From the NCBI RefSeq assembly GCF_048403405.1, contig NZ_CP183129.1: a DNA stretch of 64,000 nt; one strand, 5' to 3'. The notes beneath the pieces are model-generated. The model made no database searches. It saw only the letters and a program-made list of their open reading frames with translations, and was not told the origin of the DNA. Below, in pieces: positions 34,980-45,774 of this stretch; within the stretch, counting starts at the first letter, position 1, and every line of letters starts with the position of its first letter. Origin of the DNA: Escherichia coli (GTDB taxonomy: Bacteria > Pseudomonadota > Gammaproteobacteria > Enterobacterales > Enterobacteriaceae). Position numbers and translations under genes: made by a program.

Positions 34980-35189
34980 ATTGTTACCATTTTTATCTAT
35001 TACACGAGCAATTAGTTCGTCACGGTAAATAACATATTGATTAAGAACAAAATCTCAATACTTTTATTTCCGTCAAGTCCTAAAACATACTCTACTAAGA
35101 AAAAAACACTGAATGCTAAAACAGCAAAAAATGCTATTATCCAATTACCTGATGTCAGGTGCTCGTTGTTGAAAGGATGAGGATATTTT

Positions 35190-36059
35190 ATGGATCAGGC
35201 CGGCATTATTCGCGACCTTTTAATCTGGCTGGAAGGTCATCTGGATCAGCCCCTGTCGCTCGACAATGTAGCGGCGAAAGCAGGTTATTCCAAGTGGCAC
35301 TTACAGAGAATGTTTAAAGATGTCACTGGCCATGCTATTGGCGCGTATATTCGTGCTCGTCGTTTGTCGAAATCGGCGGTCGCACTACGCCTGACTGCGC
35401 GTCCGATTCTGGACATCGCGCTGCAATACCGCTTCGACTCTCAACAGACATTTACCCGCGCATTCAAGAAGCAGTTTGCCCAGACTCCTGCACTTTACCG
35501 CCGTTCTCCTGAATGGAGCGCCTTTGGTATTCGCCCGCCGCTACGCCTGGGTGAATTCACTATGCCAGAGCACAAATTTGTCACCCTGGAAGATACGCCG
35601 CTGATTGGTGTTACCCAGAGCTACTCCTGTTCGCTGGAGCAAATCTCTGATTTCCGCCATGAAATGCGTTATCAGTTCTGGCACGATTTTCTCGGCAACG
35701 CGCCGACCATTCCGCCGGTGCTCTACGGCCTGAATGAAACGCGTCCGAGTCAGGATAAAGACGACGAACAAGAGGTATTCTATACCACCGCGTTAGCCCA
35801 GGATCAGGCAGATGGCTATGTACTGACGGGGCATCCGGTGATGCTGCAGGGCGGCGAATATGTGATGTTTACCTATGAAGGTCTGGGAACCGGCGTGCAG
35901 GAGTTTATCCTGACGGTATACGGGACGTGCATGCCAATGCTCAACCTGACGCGCCGTAAAGATCAGGATATTGAGCGATACTACCCGGCAGAAGATGCCA
36001 AAGCGGGAGATCGCCCAATTAATCTGCGCTGTGAACTGCTGATTCCGATCCGTCGTTAA
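35190..36059 (+). CDS. rob: AraC/XylS-family right origin-binding protein Rob
   Basis: 289 aa MDQAGIIRDLLIWLEGHLDQPLSLDNVAAKAGYSKWHLQRMFK... Confidence 0.95.
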   Translation: MDQAGIIRDLLIWLEGHLDQPLSLDNVAAKAGYSKWHLQRMFKDVTGHAIGAYIRARRLSKSAVALRLTARPILDIALQYRFDSQQTFTRAFKKQFAQTPALYRRSPEWSAFGIRPPLRLGEFTMPEHKFVTLEDTPLIGVTQSYSCSLEQISDFRHEMRYQFWHDFLGNAPTIPPVLYGLNETRPSQDKDDEQEVFYTTALAQDQADGYVLTGHPVMLQGGEYVMFTYEGLGTGVQEFILTVYGTCMPMLNLTRRKDQDIERYYPAEDAKAGDRPINLRCELLIPIRR

Positions 36060-36703
36060 CGCTGCAGCTCATCTAATGCAGGGGCGTCCAGATGCGAGAT
36101 GTCCCCTGCGGTTTCAACGACCCAGCCAGACGCCAGCCACAGGCTTTCCTGATAATCCACGCGCGAAATAGAACAGTTACGCAGACGTAAGCGGCGCTCT
36201 GCCCATGCTGGTAATCCGAGAATCGTACTCACCAGGCATCCCAGTGCAATACCATGGCTCACCAGCAGCGGTCGGCTTCCCTGCGGTAAGTCCCGGCAAG
36301 ATTCCAGTGCCGCATTGACGCGATCGCTGAGCTCCTGCATTGACTCGCCTTCAGGAATACGCCCGTCAACGGTGCCATTGACCAGCTGCCGACGCCAGTT
36401 CTCTTCTTCTTCGGTCAGAGAATCGATATGTCTTTTTTCCAGCACACCCATGTTTAATTCACGCAGGCGAGAATCAAAGATGATGTCACAGCCGCAGGCC
36501 TGGGCGATGATTTCCGCCGTACGCCGGGTGCGTCCTAAATCGCTACTGATGATATGCGTAATGCCAAGCTCTTTGGCACGGGTTGCCACCTGCATCGCCT
36601 GTTGCTCACCTTTGGCGGTCAGCGGGCTGTCAGACTGGCCCTGAATACGTCGCTCGGCGTTCCACTGCGTTTCACCGTGGCGGACTAGGTATACCTGTAA
36701 CAT
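36056..36703 (-). CDS. gpmB: phosphoglycerate mutase family protein GpmB
   Basis: 215 aa MLQVYLVRHGETQWNAERRIQG... (RHG motif). Confidence 0.9.
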   Translation of the reverse strand: MLQVYLVRHGETQWNAERRIQGQSDSPLTAKGEQQAMQVATRAKELGITHIISSDLGRTRRTAEIIAQACGCDIIFDSRLRELNMGVLEKRHIDSLTEEEENWRRQLVNGTVDGRIPEGESMQELSDRVNAALESCRDLPQGSRPLLVSHGIALGCLVSTILGLPAWAERRLRLRNCSISRVDYQESLWLASGWVVETAGDISHLDAPALDELQR

Positions 36704-36742
36704 GCTTTTTTTCCGTATACTGCTGTAACGTTAATTTTCTGA

Positions 36743-37605
<863 letters not shown>

Positions 37606-37678
37606 TTAGCGGGGGAAGCAAAATGCCTCCCCCGGTGTACTCGCTAAAGAGTACGATAGCATATCATAAACGTGCGGA

Positions 37679-39616
37679 TCAGTAACGACGTCCCCATTCC
37701 GTGGCGCTCATCAATGTCGGTTTATCCCCCATGAAATAGCGGTAGTAAGCGTCATAAGCCAGCACGTTCTTCACATAACCGCGCGTCTCGGAAAACGGAA
37801 TACTCTCGACGAATGCCACTGCGTCGATACGCCCGGCGCTGTTGCCAAGCCAGGTTCGCACCCGGCCTGGTCCGGCGTTATAAGCTGCTGAGGAGAAAAT
37901 ACGGTTATTACCAAACTGCTGATAAACATATTGCAGGTAACTGGTGCCAATGTTGATGTTCGTTTCCGGATCCAGCAATTGTCCTGGGCTGCTATAACCA
38001 GGAATAGAGAACATCTTCACCGTATGGGTCGCCGTGCCCGGCATAATCTGCATCAGGCCGCTGGCCCCTACCGGTGATTTCACTTTCGGATTCCAGGCGC
38101 TCTCCTGACGGGCAATCGCCATCGCATAGCTTTGCGGGATCTCCTTCCCACTGGTGTAACGTTTGAAAAGATCGTTGTAAGCCAGCGGGAATCGCTCTTC
38201 CAGATGATCCCATAGCTTCCCGGCGATCGTTGCCTGAACGCTAAGATCCCACCATTGGTTATTGAAAGCATACCGAGCCAGTTGCGCCTGCTCTGTTTTT
38301 GACTTGCTCTTCACCAGATTGGCCCACTCGCTACGCGCGGTGTTATCGAGATTCCAGTACATCAACTCGCGCACGCGCGCCATCTCCGGCCCCTGAGTCA
38401 GCGTGCTGTCAACATTCTGCGGCGCTTTATCAATCTTCAGCTCATACTCTTCTCCGATGCGTTGTGCTGCAACCATTGGGTAGAAACCACGCTGTTGCAT
38501 GAGTTGATGCAAAATCTCTTTCGCTTCAGCTTCACGTCCGCGTTCCAGCAGTAAATCCGCCTGCCAGTAACGCCATTCATCTTTCTCTTTCGCCTCCATC
38601 GGCAAACGCGCCAGCCAGGTATTCAGGCCGCGACGATCGCCGGTGCCAAGCGCCATTCGCACACGGCGTTCAATAAGCGAAGTAGATTGCGAACGCATAA
38701 TGGCGTCATCACGCCATTTCGCCTGCTCGTCGGTGACATCGTTGCCCATCAAACGCCAGGCGACGATATCGCGCAGCTCCTGAATCTGATCTTCATTAAG
38801 CTGCTGCGCCTGGGCAAGCGACGGGATCATCAGCCGTGCATTTTCAGCATCCTGCCGCGCCACACTGGCAAACGCCACCGCCGCCATTTGACGGGTAAAA
38901 TCGGTCGCTCCGGTTGTACGCGCGAAGGTCAGTACCGTATTAGGGTTGTTCGCCAGTGAAATGATTGCCGAGGCGATAGTCTGGTAATCGGCAGGCATCT
39001 GCCCTGCCAGCACTGTTACCAGGCCAGTGTTACCCGCTTTCATCGCCAGACGGATACGCTCTAAATACGCCAGCGGATCTTGTTTACCTGACGCACGCCA
39101 GACGCTAAATAACTTGTCACAGGCGTTAGGCTGGCTCTTGCCGGTTAGCCACAGCTCTTTCGCCCCTTGCCAGGCTTCTTCACTCTGCCCGGTGTTCCAT
39201 TTCGCATAGTAGTAATTACATTGCGCTTCGGTAGTTCCGGGCTTTTCCGGGCTAAAGGCTAACAAGCCACGCCAGTCTTCACGCCGCGCCAGTTCATTGA
39301 CGAAACGAGATTGCAGCGTGCGAGCGGGAGGAAGCGTGGGGTTAGCGCGAACAAAGTTAGTGACCGTCACCGCCGGTTGATTCATCAGGTCATCGGTGAT
39401 CTGACGGTATTCCAGGTAGGGATAAAGCGGATAATCCTTCAGTCCAGGCATCATTTGTTCGACCACATCCATTTGTCGATTATCCCAGGCCTGCTTGATT
39501 TGGGCGTAGCGGCTACGCTGCTCATCCAGTGAGTCGGCTCGCGCCACGCTGCTGACCGTCAGCAGACAGACACCGGCAGCCAACAGCCGCCAGGTAACTT
39601 GTTTGGCTTTTTCCAC
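37679..39616 (-). CDS. slt: soluble lytic murein transglycosylase
   Basis: Track ORF 37679..39646; probable start 10 codons in (..EKAKQVTWRLLAAGVCLLTVSSVARA signal peptide), ~645 aa. Confidence 0.9.
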   Translation of the reverse strand: MEKAKQVTWRLLAAGVCLLTVSSVARADSLDEQRSRYAQIKQAWDNRQMDVVEQMMPGLKDYPLYPYLEYRQITDDLMNQPAVTVTNFVRANPTLPPARTLQSRFVNELARREDWRGLLAFSPEKPGTTEAQCNYYYAKWNTGQSEEAWQGAKELWLTGKSQPNACDKLFSVWRASGKQDPLAYLERIRLAMKAGNTGLVTVLAGQMPADYQTIASAIISLANNPNTVLTFARTTGATDFTRQMAAVAFASVARQDAENARLMIPSLAQAQQLNEDQIQELRDIVAWRLMGNDVTDEQAKWRDDAIMRSQSTSLIERRVRMALGTGDRRGLNTWLARLPMEAKEKDEWRYWQADLLLERGREAEAKEILHQLMQQRGFYPMVAAQRIGEEYELKIDKAPQNVDSTLTQGPEMARVRELMYWNLDNTARSEWANLVKSKSKTEQAQLARYAFNNQWWDLSVQATIAGKLWDHLEERFPLAYNDLFKRYTSGKEIPQSYAMAIARQESAWNPKVKSPVGASGLMQIMPGTATHTVKMFSIPGYSSPGQLLDPETNINIGTSYLQYVYQQFGNNRIFSSAAYNAGPGRVRTWLGNSAGRIDAVAFVESIPFSETRGYVKNVLAYDAYYRYFMGDKPTLMSATEWGRRY

Positions 39617-39826
39617 AAGCGCATCCTCTAAGTGTAAATACATCAATGCAGCGTCATGCCGCGTAATAGATTTATGCTAACCAGTCATTGCCGTTTACGC
39701 CACGTTACGGACACTTTTTTACTTTTACTGCGAGGGTGATCGACCGGCTGGGATTAGATAAGGAAACAGGCTACACTTCGCCTTTGAAAACTCATCATCA
39801 CGATAAACATAGAGGCGAAGTCCAAC

Positions 39827-41494
39827 GTGGCTCAATTCGTTTATACCATGCATCGTGTCGGCAAAGTTGTTCCGACGAAACGTCATATTTTGAAAAACAT
39901 CTCTCTGAGTTTCTTCCCTGGGGCAAAAATTGGTGTCCTGGGTCTGAACGGCGCGGGTAAGTCCACCCTGCTGCGCATTATGGCGGGCATTGATAAAGAC
40001 ATCGAAGGCGAAGCGCGTCCGCAACCGGATATCAAGATTGGTTATCTGCCGCAGGAACCGCAGCTGAACCCGGAACACACCGTGCGTGAGTCCATTGAAG
40101 AAGCGGTTTCTGAAGTGGTTAACGCCCTGAAACGCCTGGATGAAGTGTATGCGCTGTACGCCGATCCGGATGCCGATTTTGACAAGCTGGCCGCTGAACA
40201 AGGCCGTCTGGAAGAGATCATTCAGGCTCACGACGGTCACAACCTGAACGTTCAGCTGGAGCGTGCGGCGGATGCGCTGCGTCTGCCGGACTGGGACGCG
40301 AAAATCGCTAACCTCTCCGGTGGTGAGCGTCGTCGCGTGGCGTTGTGCCGCCTGCTGCTGGAAAAACCAGACATGCTGCTGCTCGACGAACCGACGAACC
40401 ACCTGGATGCCGAATCCGTGGCGTGGCTGGAACGCTTCCTGCACGACTTCGAAGGCACCGTTGTGGCGATTACCCACGACCGTTACTTCCTCGATAACGT
40501 GGCGGGCTGGATCCTCGAACTGGACCGTGGTGAAGGTATTCCGTGGGAAGGTAACTACTCCTCCTGGCTGGAGCAGAAAGATCAACGTCTGGCGCAGGAA
40601 GCTTCACAAGAAGCTGCGCGTCGTAAGTCGATTGAGAAAGAGCTGGAGTGGGTACGTCAGGGGACTAAAGGCCGTCAGTCGAAAGGTAAAGCACGTCTGG
40701 CGCGTTTTGAAGAGCTGAACAGCACCGAATATCAGAAACGTAACGAAACCAACGAACTGTTTATTCCACCGGGACCGCGTCTTGGCGATAAAGTGCTGGA
40801 AGTCAACAACCTGCGTAAATCCTACGGTGATCGCCTGCTGATTGATGACCTGAGCTTCTCGATCCCGAAAGGGGCAATCGTCGGGATCATCGGTCCGAAC
40901 GGCGCGGGTAAATCGACCCTGTTCCGTATGATCTCTGGTCAGGAACAGCCGGACAGTGGCACCATCACTTTAGGTGAAACGGTGAAACTGGCATCGGTTG
41001 ATCAGTTCCGTGACTCAATGGATAACAGCAAAACCGTTTGGGAAGAAGTTTCCGGCGGGCTGGATATCATGAAAATCGGCAACACCGAGATGCCAAGCCG
41101 CGCCTACGTTGGCCGCTTTAACTTTAAAGGGGTTGATCAGGGTAAACGCGTTGGTGAACTCTCCGGCGGTGAGCGCGGTCGTCTGCATCTGGCGAAGCTG
41201 CTGCAAGTTGGCGGCAACATGCTGCTGCTCGACGAACCAACCAACGACCTGGATATCGAAACCCTGCGCGCGCTGGAAAACGCCCTGCTGGAGTTCCCGG
41301 GCTGCGCGATGGTTATCTCGCACGACCGTTGGTTCCTCGACCGTATCGCCACGCACATCCTGGACTACCAGGATGAAGGTAAAGTTGAGTTCTTCGAAGG
41401 TAACTTTACCGAGTACGAAGAGTACAAGAAACGTACGCTGGGCGCAGACGCGCTGGAGCCGAAGCGTATCAAGTACAAGCGTATTGCGAAGTAA
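39827..41494 (+). CDS. ettA: energy-dependent translational throttle ABC-F protein
   Basis: 555 aa with two ABC cassettes, MAQFVYTMHRVGKVVP... Confidence 0.95.
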   Translation: MAQFVYTMHRVGKVVPTKRHILKNISLSFFPGAKIGVLGLNGAGKSTLLRIMAGIDKDIEGEARPQPDIKIGYLPQEPQLNPEHTVRESIEEAVSEVVNALKRLDEVYALYADPDADFDKLAAEQGRLEEIIQAHDGHNLNVQLERAADALRLPDWDAKIANLSGGERRRVALCRLLLEKPDMLLLDEPTNHLDAESVAWLERFLHDFEGTVVAITHDRYFLDNVAGWILELDRGEGIPWEGNYSSWLEQKDQRLAQEASQEAARRKSIEKELEWVRQGTKGRQSKGKARLARFEELNSTEYQKRNETNELFIPPGPRLGDKVLEVNNLRKSYGDRLLIDDLSFSIPKGAIVGIIGPNGAGKSTLFRMISGQEQPDSGTITLGETVKLASVDQFRDSMDNSKTVWEEVSGGLDIMKIGNTEMPSRAYVGRFNFKGVDQGKRVGELSGGERGRLHLAKLLQVGGNMLLLDEPTNDLDIETLRALENALLEFPGCAMVISHDRWFLDRIATHILDYQDEGKVEFFEGNFTEYEEYKKRTLGADALEPKRIKYKRIAK

Positions 41495-41505
41495 TGCGTA
41501 AAATG

Positions 41506-41538
41506 CCGGATGCGGCGCGCCAGCATCGCATCCGGTAT
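41506..41538. repeat. REP-like palindromic element downstream of ettA
   Basis: gccggatgcggcgcgccagcatcgcatccgg imperfect palindrome of REP type. Confidence 0.45.
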
Positions 41539-41648
41539 TAGTTAAATGATTAGTCCCCGGAAAAGGCAGAATTTTCTTTAAGCGTATTAGCTCAGATGCG
41601 GACTGACATCTCAAATCAAGCGGGAACTCATGGTTCCCGCTTAACGTT

Positions 41649-42536
41649 TTATTCACCGCGCAGGATCTGGCGGAAATGGGAAACCAGCGGACGTTGGTTG
41701 GCTTTATGCCAGGCTGCCCATAATTGCGTTGAATAATTCATCCACGGCAATTCACGTAATACCACCCCTTCCGGCGCATTATGACGAAGACTATGTTGAA
41801 TTAAGGCCAGACCTAATCCCGCAGCGACCAGACCTAATGCCGTGAGGGGTTCACCAGCTTCCAGGCGAATATCAGGATTAAACCCGGCATTAACACAGGC
41901 GGCGACAAAATGATCGCGAGAATGCGCATCGTCGTTATGAATCACCGCAATCCACTGCTCATCGCCAAGTTGTGACGCGACAAGGTTTTCCTCCTGCGCC
42001 AGAGGATGATTTTGCGGTAAGGCCAACAACATTCGATCATCCAGAACCTGAATATATTCCAGATCCTGCTCGCTGTCGGTGGGCGGCGTATCGACCAGAG
42101 AAAAATCGAGACTGCGCTGGCGAAGGCCTTCAATCTGGGTCGCCGGTGGTTGGCTGTAAAGTGCGATATGCACATTCGGACGCGATACACGTAACGTACG
42201 TAGCGCCGTAGAAAGCACACCGGAATGCATGGCGTTTTCGATATAGCCAATACACAAGCCACCATCTTCCCCCCGTCCCAGGCGTTTGCCTAACGACTCC
42301 AGGCGGTTGGCGTGTGTCAGCAACGAACGTGTTTCGGCAAGGAATGTCTGTCCATCAGCGGTCAGGCGAATGCGCTGCTGATTACGCTCAAACAGCGTCA
42401 GCCCCAGCCGTTCTTCCAGTTGCGCAATCTGGCGGCTCAGCGGTGATTGCGAGATATGTAATCGCTCGGCTGCGCGTCCCACGTGCTCTTCTTCTGCGAC
42501 CACCACGAAGTACTTCAGTTGGCGTAAATCAATCAT
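41649..42536 (-). CDS. LysR-family transcriptional regulator
   Basis: Track ORF 41649..42665; probable start MIDLRQLKYFVVVAEEEHVGRAAERLHISQSPLSRQIAQLE (HTH) 43 codons in; divergent from the reductase genes. Confidence 0.8.
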   Translation of the reverse strand: MIDLRQLKYFVVVAEEEHVGRAAERLHISQSPLSRQIAQLEERLGLTLFERNQQRIRLTADGQTFLAETRSLLTHANRLESLGKRLGRGEDGGLCIGYIENAMHSGVLSTALRTLRVSRPNVHIALYSQPPATQIEGLRQRSLDFSLVDTPPTDSEQDLEYIQVLDDRMLLALPQNHPLAQEENLVASQLGDEQWIAVIHNDDAHSRDHFVAACVNAGFNPDIRLEAGEPLTALGLVAAGLGLALIQHSLRHNAPEGVVLRELPWMNYSTQLWAAWHKANQRPLVSHFRQILRGE

Positions 42537-42668
42537 GTTAGACCTCAAAGGACTTAAGTCAGACAAATTATGTCCTATCAAGTCATAACCTCGCAAGGTA
42601 TTGTGATCCACGTCACAGGGCAATAGCAAAAAACGCCCGAACCCAAACCGAATAATTGAGGACATCTT

Positions 42669-43679
42669 ATGAGCATCAAAAATTTACTTCCCGGCAAAAT
42701 TGGCTTAGGCGGCGCACCACTCGGCAACATGTTCCGTGCCATTCCGGAAGAAGAGGCCCACGCCACCGTGAGCGAAGCCTGGAACCTGGGTGTGCGTTAC
42801 TTTGATACCGCGCCGCTGTACGGCTCTGGCCTTTCTGAAATCCGCATGGGTGAAGCGCTGTCTCAGTATCCACGCGATGAATACGTTCTGAGTAGCAAAG
42901 TCGGTCGCATCATGCTGGACGAAATGGAAGATCCGGCAAAACGGGATTTCGGTGAAAAAGGTGGCCTGTTCGAACACGGCCTGAAAAACAAAATTCTGAA
43001 TGACTACTCTGCTGACGCCACGCTGCGCTCGATTGAAGACAGCCTGAAACGCCTGAAAACAGATCGTCTGGATATTGTCTGGATCCACGACCCGGCGCAG
43101 GACTTCTACGGTGACAGCTGGCTGGAACAGTTCAACATAGCCCGTACCGGTGCGTTTCGTGCGCTGACGCGTTTGCGTGACGAAGGTGTGATTAAAGCCT
43201 GGGGACTGGGTGTGAATCGCGTCGAACCTTGCGAACTGACGCTGGCGCTGGACGAACCGAAGCCGGATGCGTTCCTGCTGGCGGGGCGTTATTCCCTGCT
43301 GGATCACGAACGTGCGCTGCAACGCCTGATGCCAGAAGCACTGGAACAGAACGTGGATATTGTTGTGGGCGGTCCGTACAGCTCTGGCGTACTGGCAGGC
43401 GGCGAGCACTTTGAATATCAGAAAGCTTCTGCGGCCATCCAGCAGAAAGTGGCGCAAATTAACGCCATTGCCACACGTTTCAATGTGAACGTTAAAGCAG
43501 CTGCGCTGCAGTTCGCGCTGGCAAACCCGGCCGTTGCAGCGGTTATTCCTGGCTCCAGCCGTCCTGGCCGTATGGCAGAAGATCTGGCTGCACTGAATGC
43601 GCCTGTTCCGGCTGAATTCTGGGCAGAAATGCGCCGTCAAAATCTGGTTGCGGAAAACGCTCCGCTGCCGACCCGTTAA
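42669..43679 (+). CDS. aldo-keto reductase family oxidoreductase
   Basis: 336 aa; AKR features (YFDTAPLYG, IHDP) in translation. Confidence 0.8.
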   Translation: MSIKNLLPGKIGLGGAPLGNMFRAIPEEEAHATVSEAWNLGVRYFDTAPLYGSGLSEIRMGEALSQYPRDEYVLSSKVGRIMLDEMEDPAKRDFGEKGGLFEHGLKNKILNDYSADATLRSIEDSLKRLKTDRLDIVWIHDPAQDFYGDSWLEQFNIARTGAFRALTRLRDEGVIKAWGLGVNRVEPCELTLALDEPKPDAFLLAGRYSLLDHERALQRLMPEALEQNVDIVVGGPYSSGVLAGGEHFEYQKASAAIQQKVAQINAIATRFNVNVKAAALQFALANPAVAAVIPGSSRPGRMAEDLAALNAPVPAEFWAEMRRQNLVAENAPLPTR

Positions 43680-43698
43680 TCAACCTGGTGAGAAAACG

Positions 43699-44496
43699 AT
43701 GAAACTGGATCTGACAGGTAAAGTCGCGGTGGTCAGCGGCTCAACCTCCGGCATTGGGCAGGGTATCGCCGCCGGACTGGCAAAAGCAGGCGCAACGGTG
43801 GTTGTCGTCGGCCGTAAACAGCGCGGCGTTGATGATGCCATGGCTGCGATTGCGGCACAAACTCCCACGGCGTCACTGCGTGGCGTGGTGGCCGATCTCA
43901 GCACCGAAGACGGCGTGGCTGCGCTGATCGCTGCAGTCCCAACGGCTGATGTGCTGGTCAATAATCTGGGCATTTTTAACGATAAAGATTTCTTTAGCGT
44001 TCCGGATGATGAGTGGATGCACTTCTATAACGTCAACGTCCTCTCCGGCGTTCGTCTGGCGCGTCACTATGCGCCAGGCATGACGGAACAGGGCTGGGGG
44101 CGGATTATCTTTGTCTCGTCCGAATCCGGCGTGGCAATTCCTGGCGACATGATCAACTACGGCGTCACCAAAGCTGCGAATCTGGCGGTCTCTCATGGTC
44201 TGGCGAAACGACTGGCGGGGACCGGTGTGACCGTCAACGCCATTCTGCCAGGGCCAACCTTTACCGATGGCCTGAAAGAGATGCTGGCGGATGCCGCTGC
44301 ACAATCGGGACGCAGTGCGCGTGAACAGGCCGATGAGTTTGTTAAAACCTCACGTCCGAGCTCCATCATCCAGCGTGCGGCAGAGGTGGAAGAAGTGGCG
44401 AATCTGGCGGTTTATCTCGCGTCACCGCTTTCCTCGGCAACCACAGGGGCAGCCCTGCGCGTCGATGGCGGCGTCGTCGACACCCTGACAATGTAA
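43699..44496 (+). CDS. short-chain dehydrogenase/reductase (SDR)
   Basis: Start MKLDLTGKVAVVSGSTSGIGQ (TGxxxGxG Rossmann motif) 34 codons into track ORF 43597..44496. Confidence 0.8.
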   Translation: MKLDLTGKVAVVSGSTSGIGQGIAAGLAKAGATVVVVGRKQRGVDDAMAAIAAQTPTASLRGVVADLSTEDGVAALIAAVPTADVLVNNLGIFNDKDFFSVPDDEWMHFYNVNVLSGVRLARHYAPGMTEQGWGRIIFVSSESGVAIPGDMINYGVTKAANLAVSHGLAKRLAGTGVTVNAILPGPTFTDGLKEMLADAAAQSGRSAREQADEFVKTSRPSSIIQRAAEVEEVANLAVYLASPLSSATTGAALRVDGGVVDTLTM

Positions 44497-44521
44497 CCCT
44501 ATAAATTAAGAGAAAATTATC

Positions 44522-44938
44522 ATGGCTAAAACAACTGTATCGATCGAAATTCCGGCTTCTGCCGACGCCGTATGGCAATTGATGGGCGGCTTTGATGCGC
44601 TGCCTGACTGGCTGCCGTTCATCCCGAAAAGCGTAGTGACAGAAGGAGGTCGCGTTCGTTCGCTGACAACCTCTGACGGCGGCACTGTGGTTGAACGTCT
44701 GGAAGCGTTTGATAACCGTCAACGCAGTTATACCTATTCCATTATTCAGGCACCGTTCCCGGTGGTGGATTACCTCTCCACCATTACCGTTCATGAAACC
44801 GCCGACAGCCAGGTTTCCCGTGTGGAATGGTTCGGTGAATTCACCCCGGTGAATGTGACGAACGAAGAGGCCGAAGCGCTGTTTACCGGCATCTATCGGG
44901 ATGGTCTCAAGGCGCTAAAGGACAACTTTGTTGCCTGA
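44522..44938 (+). CDS. SRPBCC / polyketide-cyclase-like small protein
   Basis: 138-aa ORF co-oriented 25 bp after the SDR gene; family assignment by general resemblance only. Confidence 0.5.
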   Translation: MAKTTVSIEIPASADAVWQLMGGFDALPDWLPFIPKSVVTEGGRVRSLTTSDGGTVVERLEAFDNRQRSYTYSIIQAPFPVVDYLSTITVHETADSQVSRVEWFGEFTPVNVTNEEAEALFTGIYRDGLKALKDNFVA

Positions 44939-45095
44939 TGCGATCGACAGGCGTCGGAACGTCCGGCGTCTGATTATTAACAAAAACAGAATAGTCTATT
45001 GCCATTTGTATCATTTATGTTATCAGGCAGCAGGCGTATTCTCTCCCCATCGCGTTAATAAACGCCAAACAATTAAGACACTCTGGAATATAAAC

Positions 45096-45308
45096 ATGAA
45101 AACGATCATCGCAATTTTTACAGCTTCTCTTTTCTCTGTCGCGGCGTTTAACGCATCGGCACAAAGCGTGACAGCAACCGGTACAACACTGGATTCTGCG
45201 GAAGCGGTTATTGCGCAGAAAGCGAAAGAGATGAACGCCTCTGAATATAAAATTACCAGCGCTCGCATGGGCAATACCGTCACCATGAGCGCCGAACTGT
45301 ACAAATAA
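45096..45308 (+). CDS. DUF1471 (BhsA/YdgH-like) small secreted protein
   Basis: 70 aa with signal peptide MKTIIAIFTASLFSVAAFNASA and ...GNTVTMSAELYK C-terminus typical of the family. Confidence 0.55.
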   Translation: MKTIIAIFTASLFSVAAFNASAQSVTATGTTLDSAEAVIAQKAKEMNASEYKITSARMGNTVTMSAELYK

Positions 45309-45356
45309 CCGCGCGAGGGACCCATTACGTAATTTGCTAAATATGCGCTGAATGCG

Positions 45357-45500
45357 TTGCCATTAAAAAACCGTATTGTAATGCCACCGATGACACGTTC
45401 TCGCGCGGGTGCGGGTGACGTTGCGATTGACATGATGGCGGAGTATTACGCGCAGCGCGCCAGTGCAGGACTTATCATCAGCGAAGGTACGCAAATCAGC
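45357..45500 (+). pseudogene. N-terminal remnant of an Old-Yellow-Enzyme / NemA-like NADH:flavin oxidoreductase
   Basis: LKNRIVMPPMTRSRA...AEYYAQRASAGLIISEGTQIS matches the OYE N-terminus, then the frame degenerates and stops. Confidence 0.5.
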
Positions 45501-45774
45501 AGAAGCGCTGCGCATAATTTTCCATGGCACGCTGATTTACTCCGGTAAATACACCAAAGCGCGCGCCGAAGCGGACTGTCAGATTTGATTGCATTTTGGC
45601 TACGCAACCGGTCAGTTGGAGTATGAAGTTGCTCACGAATAGCCTTAGCATCCGCAATTTCGTAGTGGGTCACCCGTGCAGGTTCTTTCTAATCTCAACA
45701 GCCTCTTCCAGAGAGGTTTTCAACTCATCAAAAAAACTCAATTTATACCTCGCCTTTGAGCCGTTTCGTCACGG

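Noticed and set aside
39725-40585. 286-aa minus-strand ORF
   Set aside because: Antisense to ettA (strong ABC-F match on the plus strand).
42705-43640. 311-aa minus-strand ORF
   Set aside because: Antisense to the aldo-keto reductase gene, which has recognisable AKR motifs; the translation is Arg/Phe-rich shadow sequence.
43873-44304. 143-aa minus-strand ORF
   Set aside because: Antisense to the SDR gene; no independent support.
45550-45774. Small overlapping ORFs (75-80 aa) between the OYE remnant and nadR
   Set aside because: No start context or protein-like composition; most likely decayed sequence at the island boundary.
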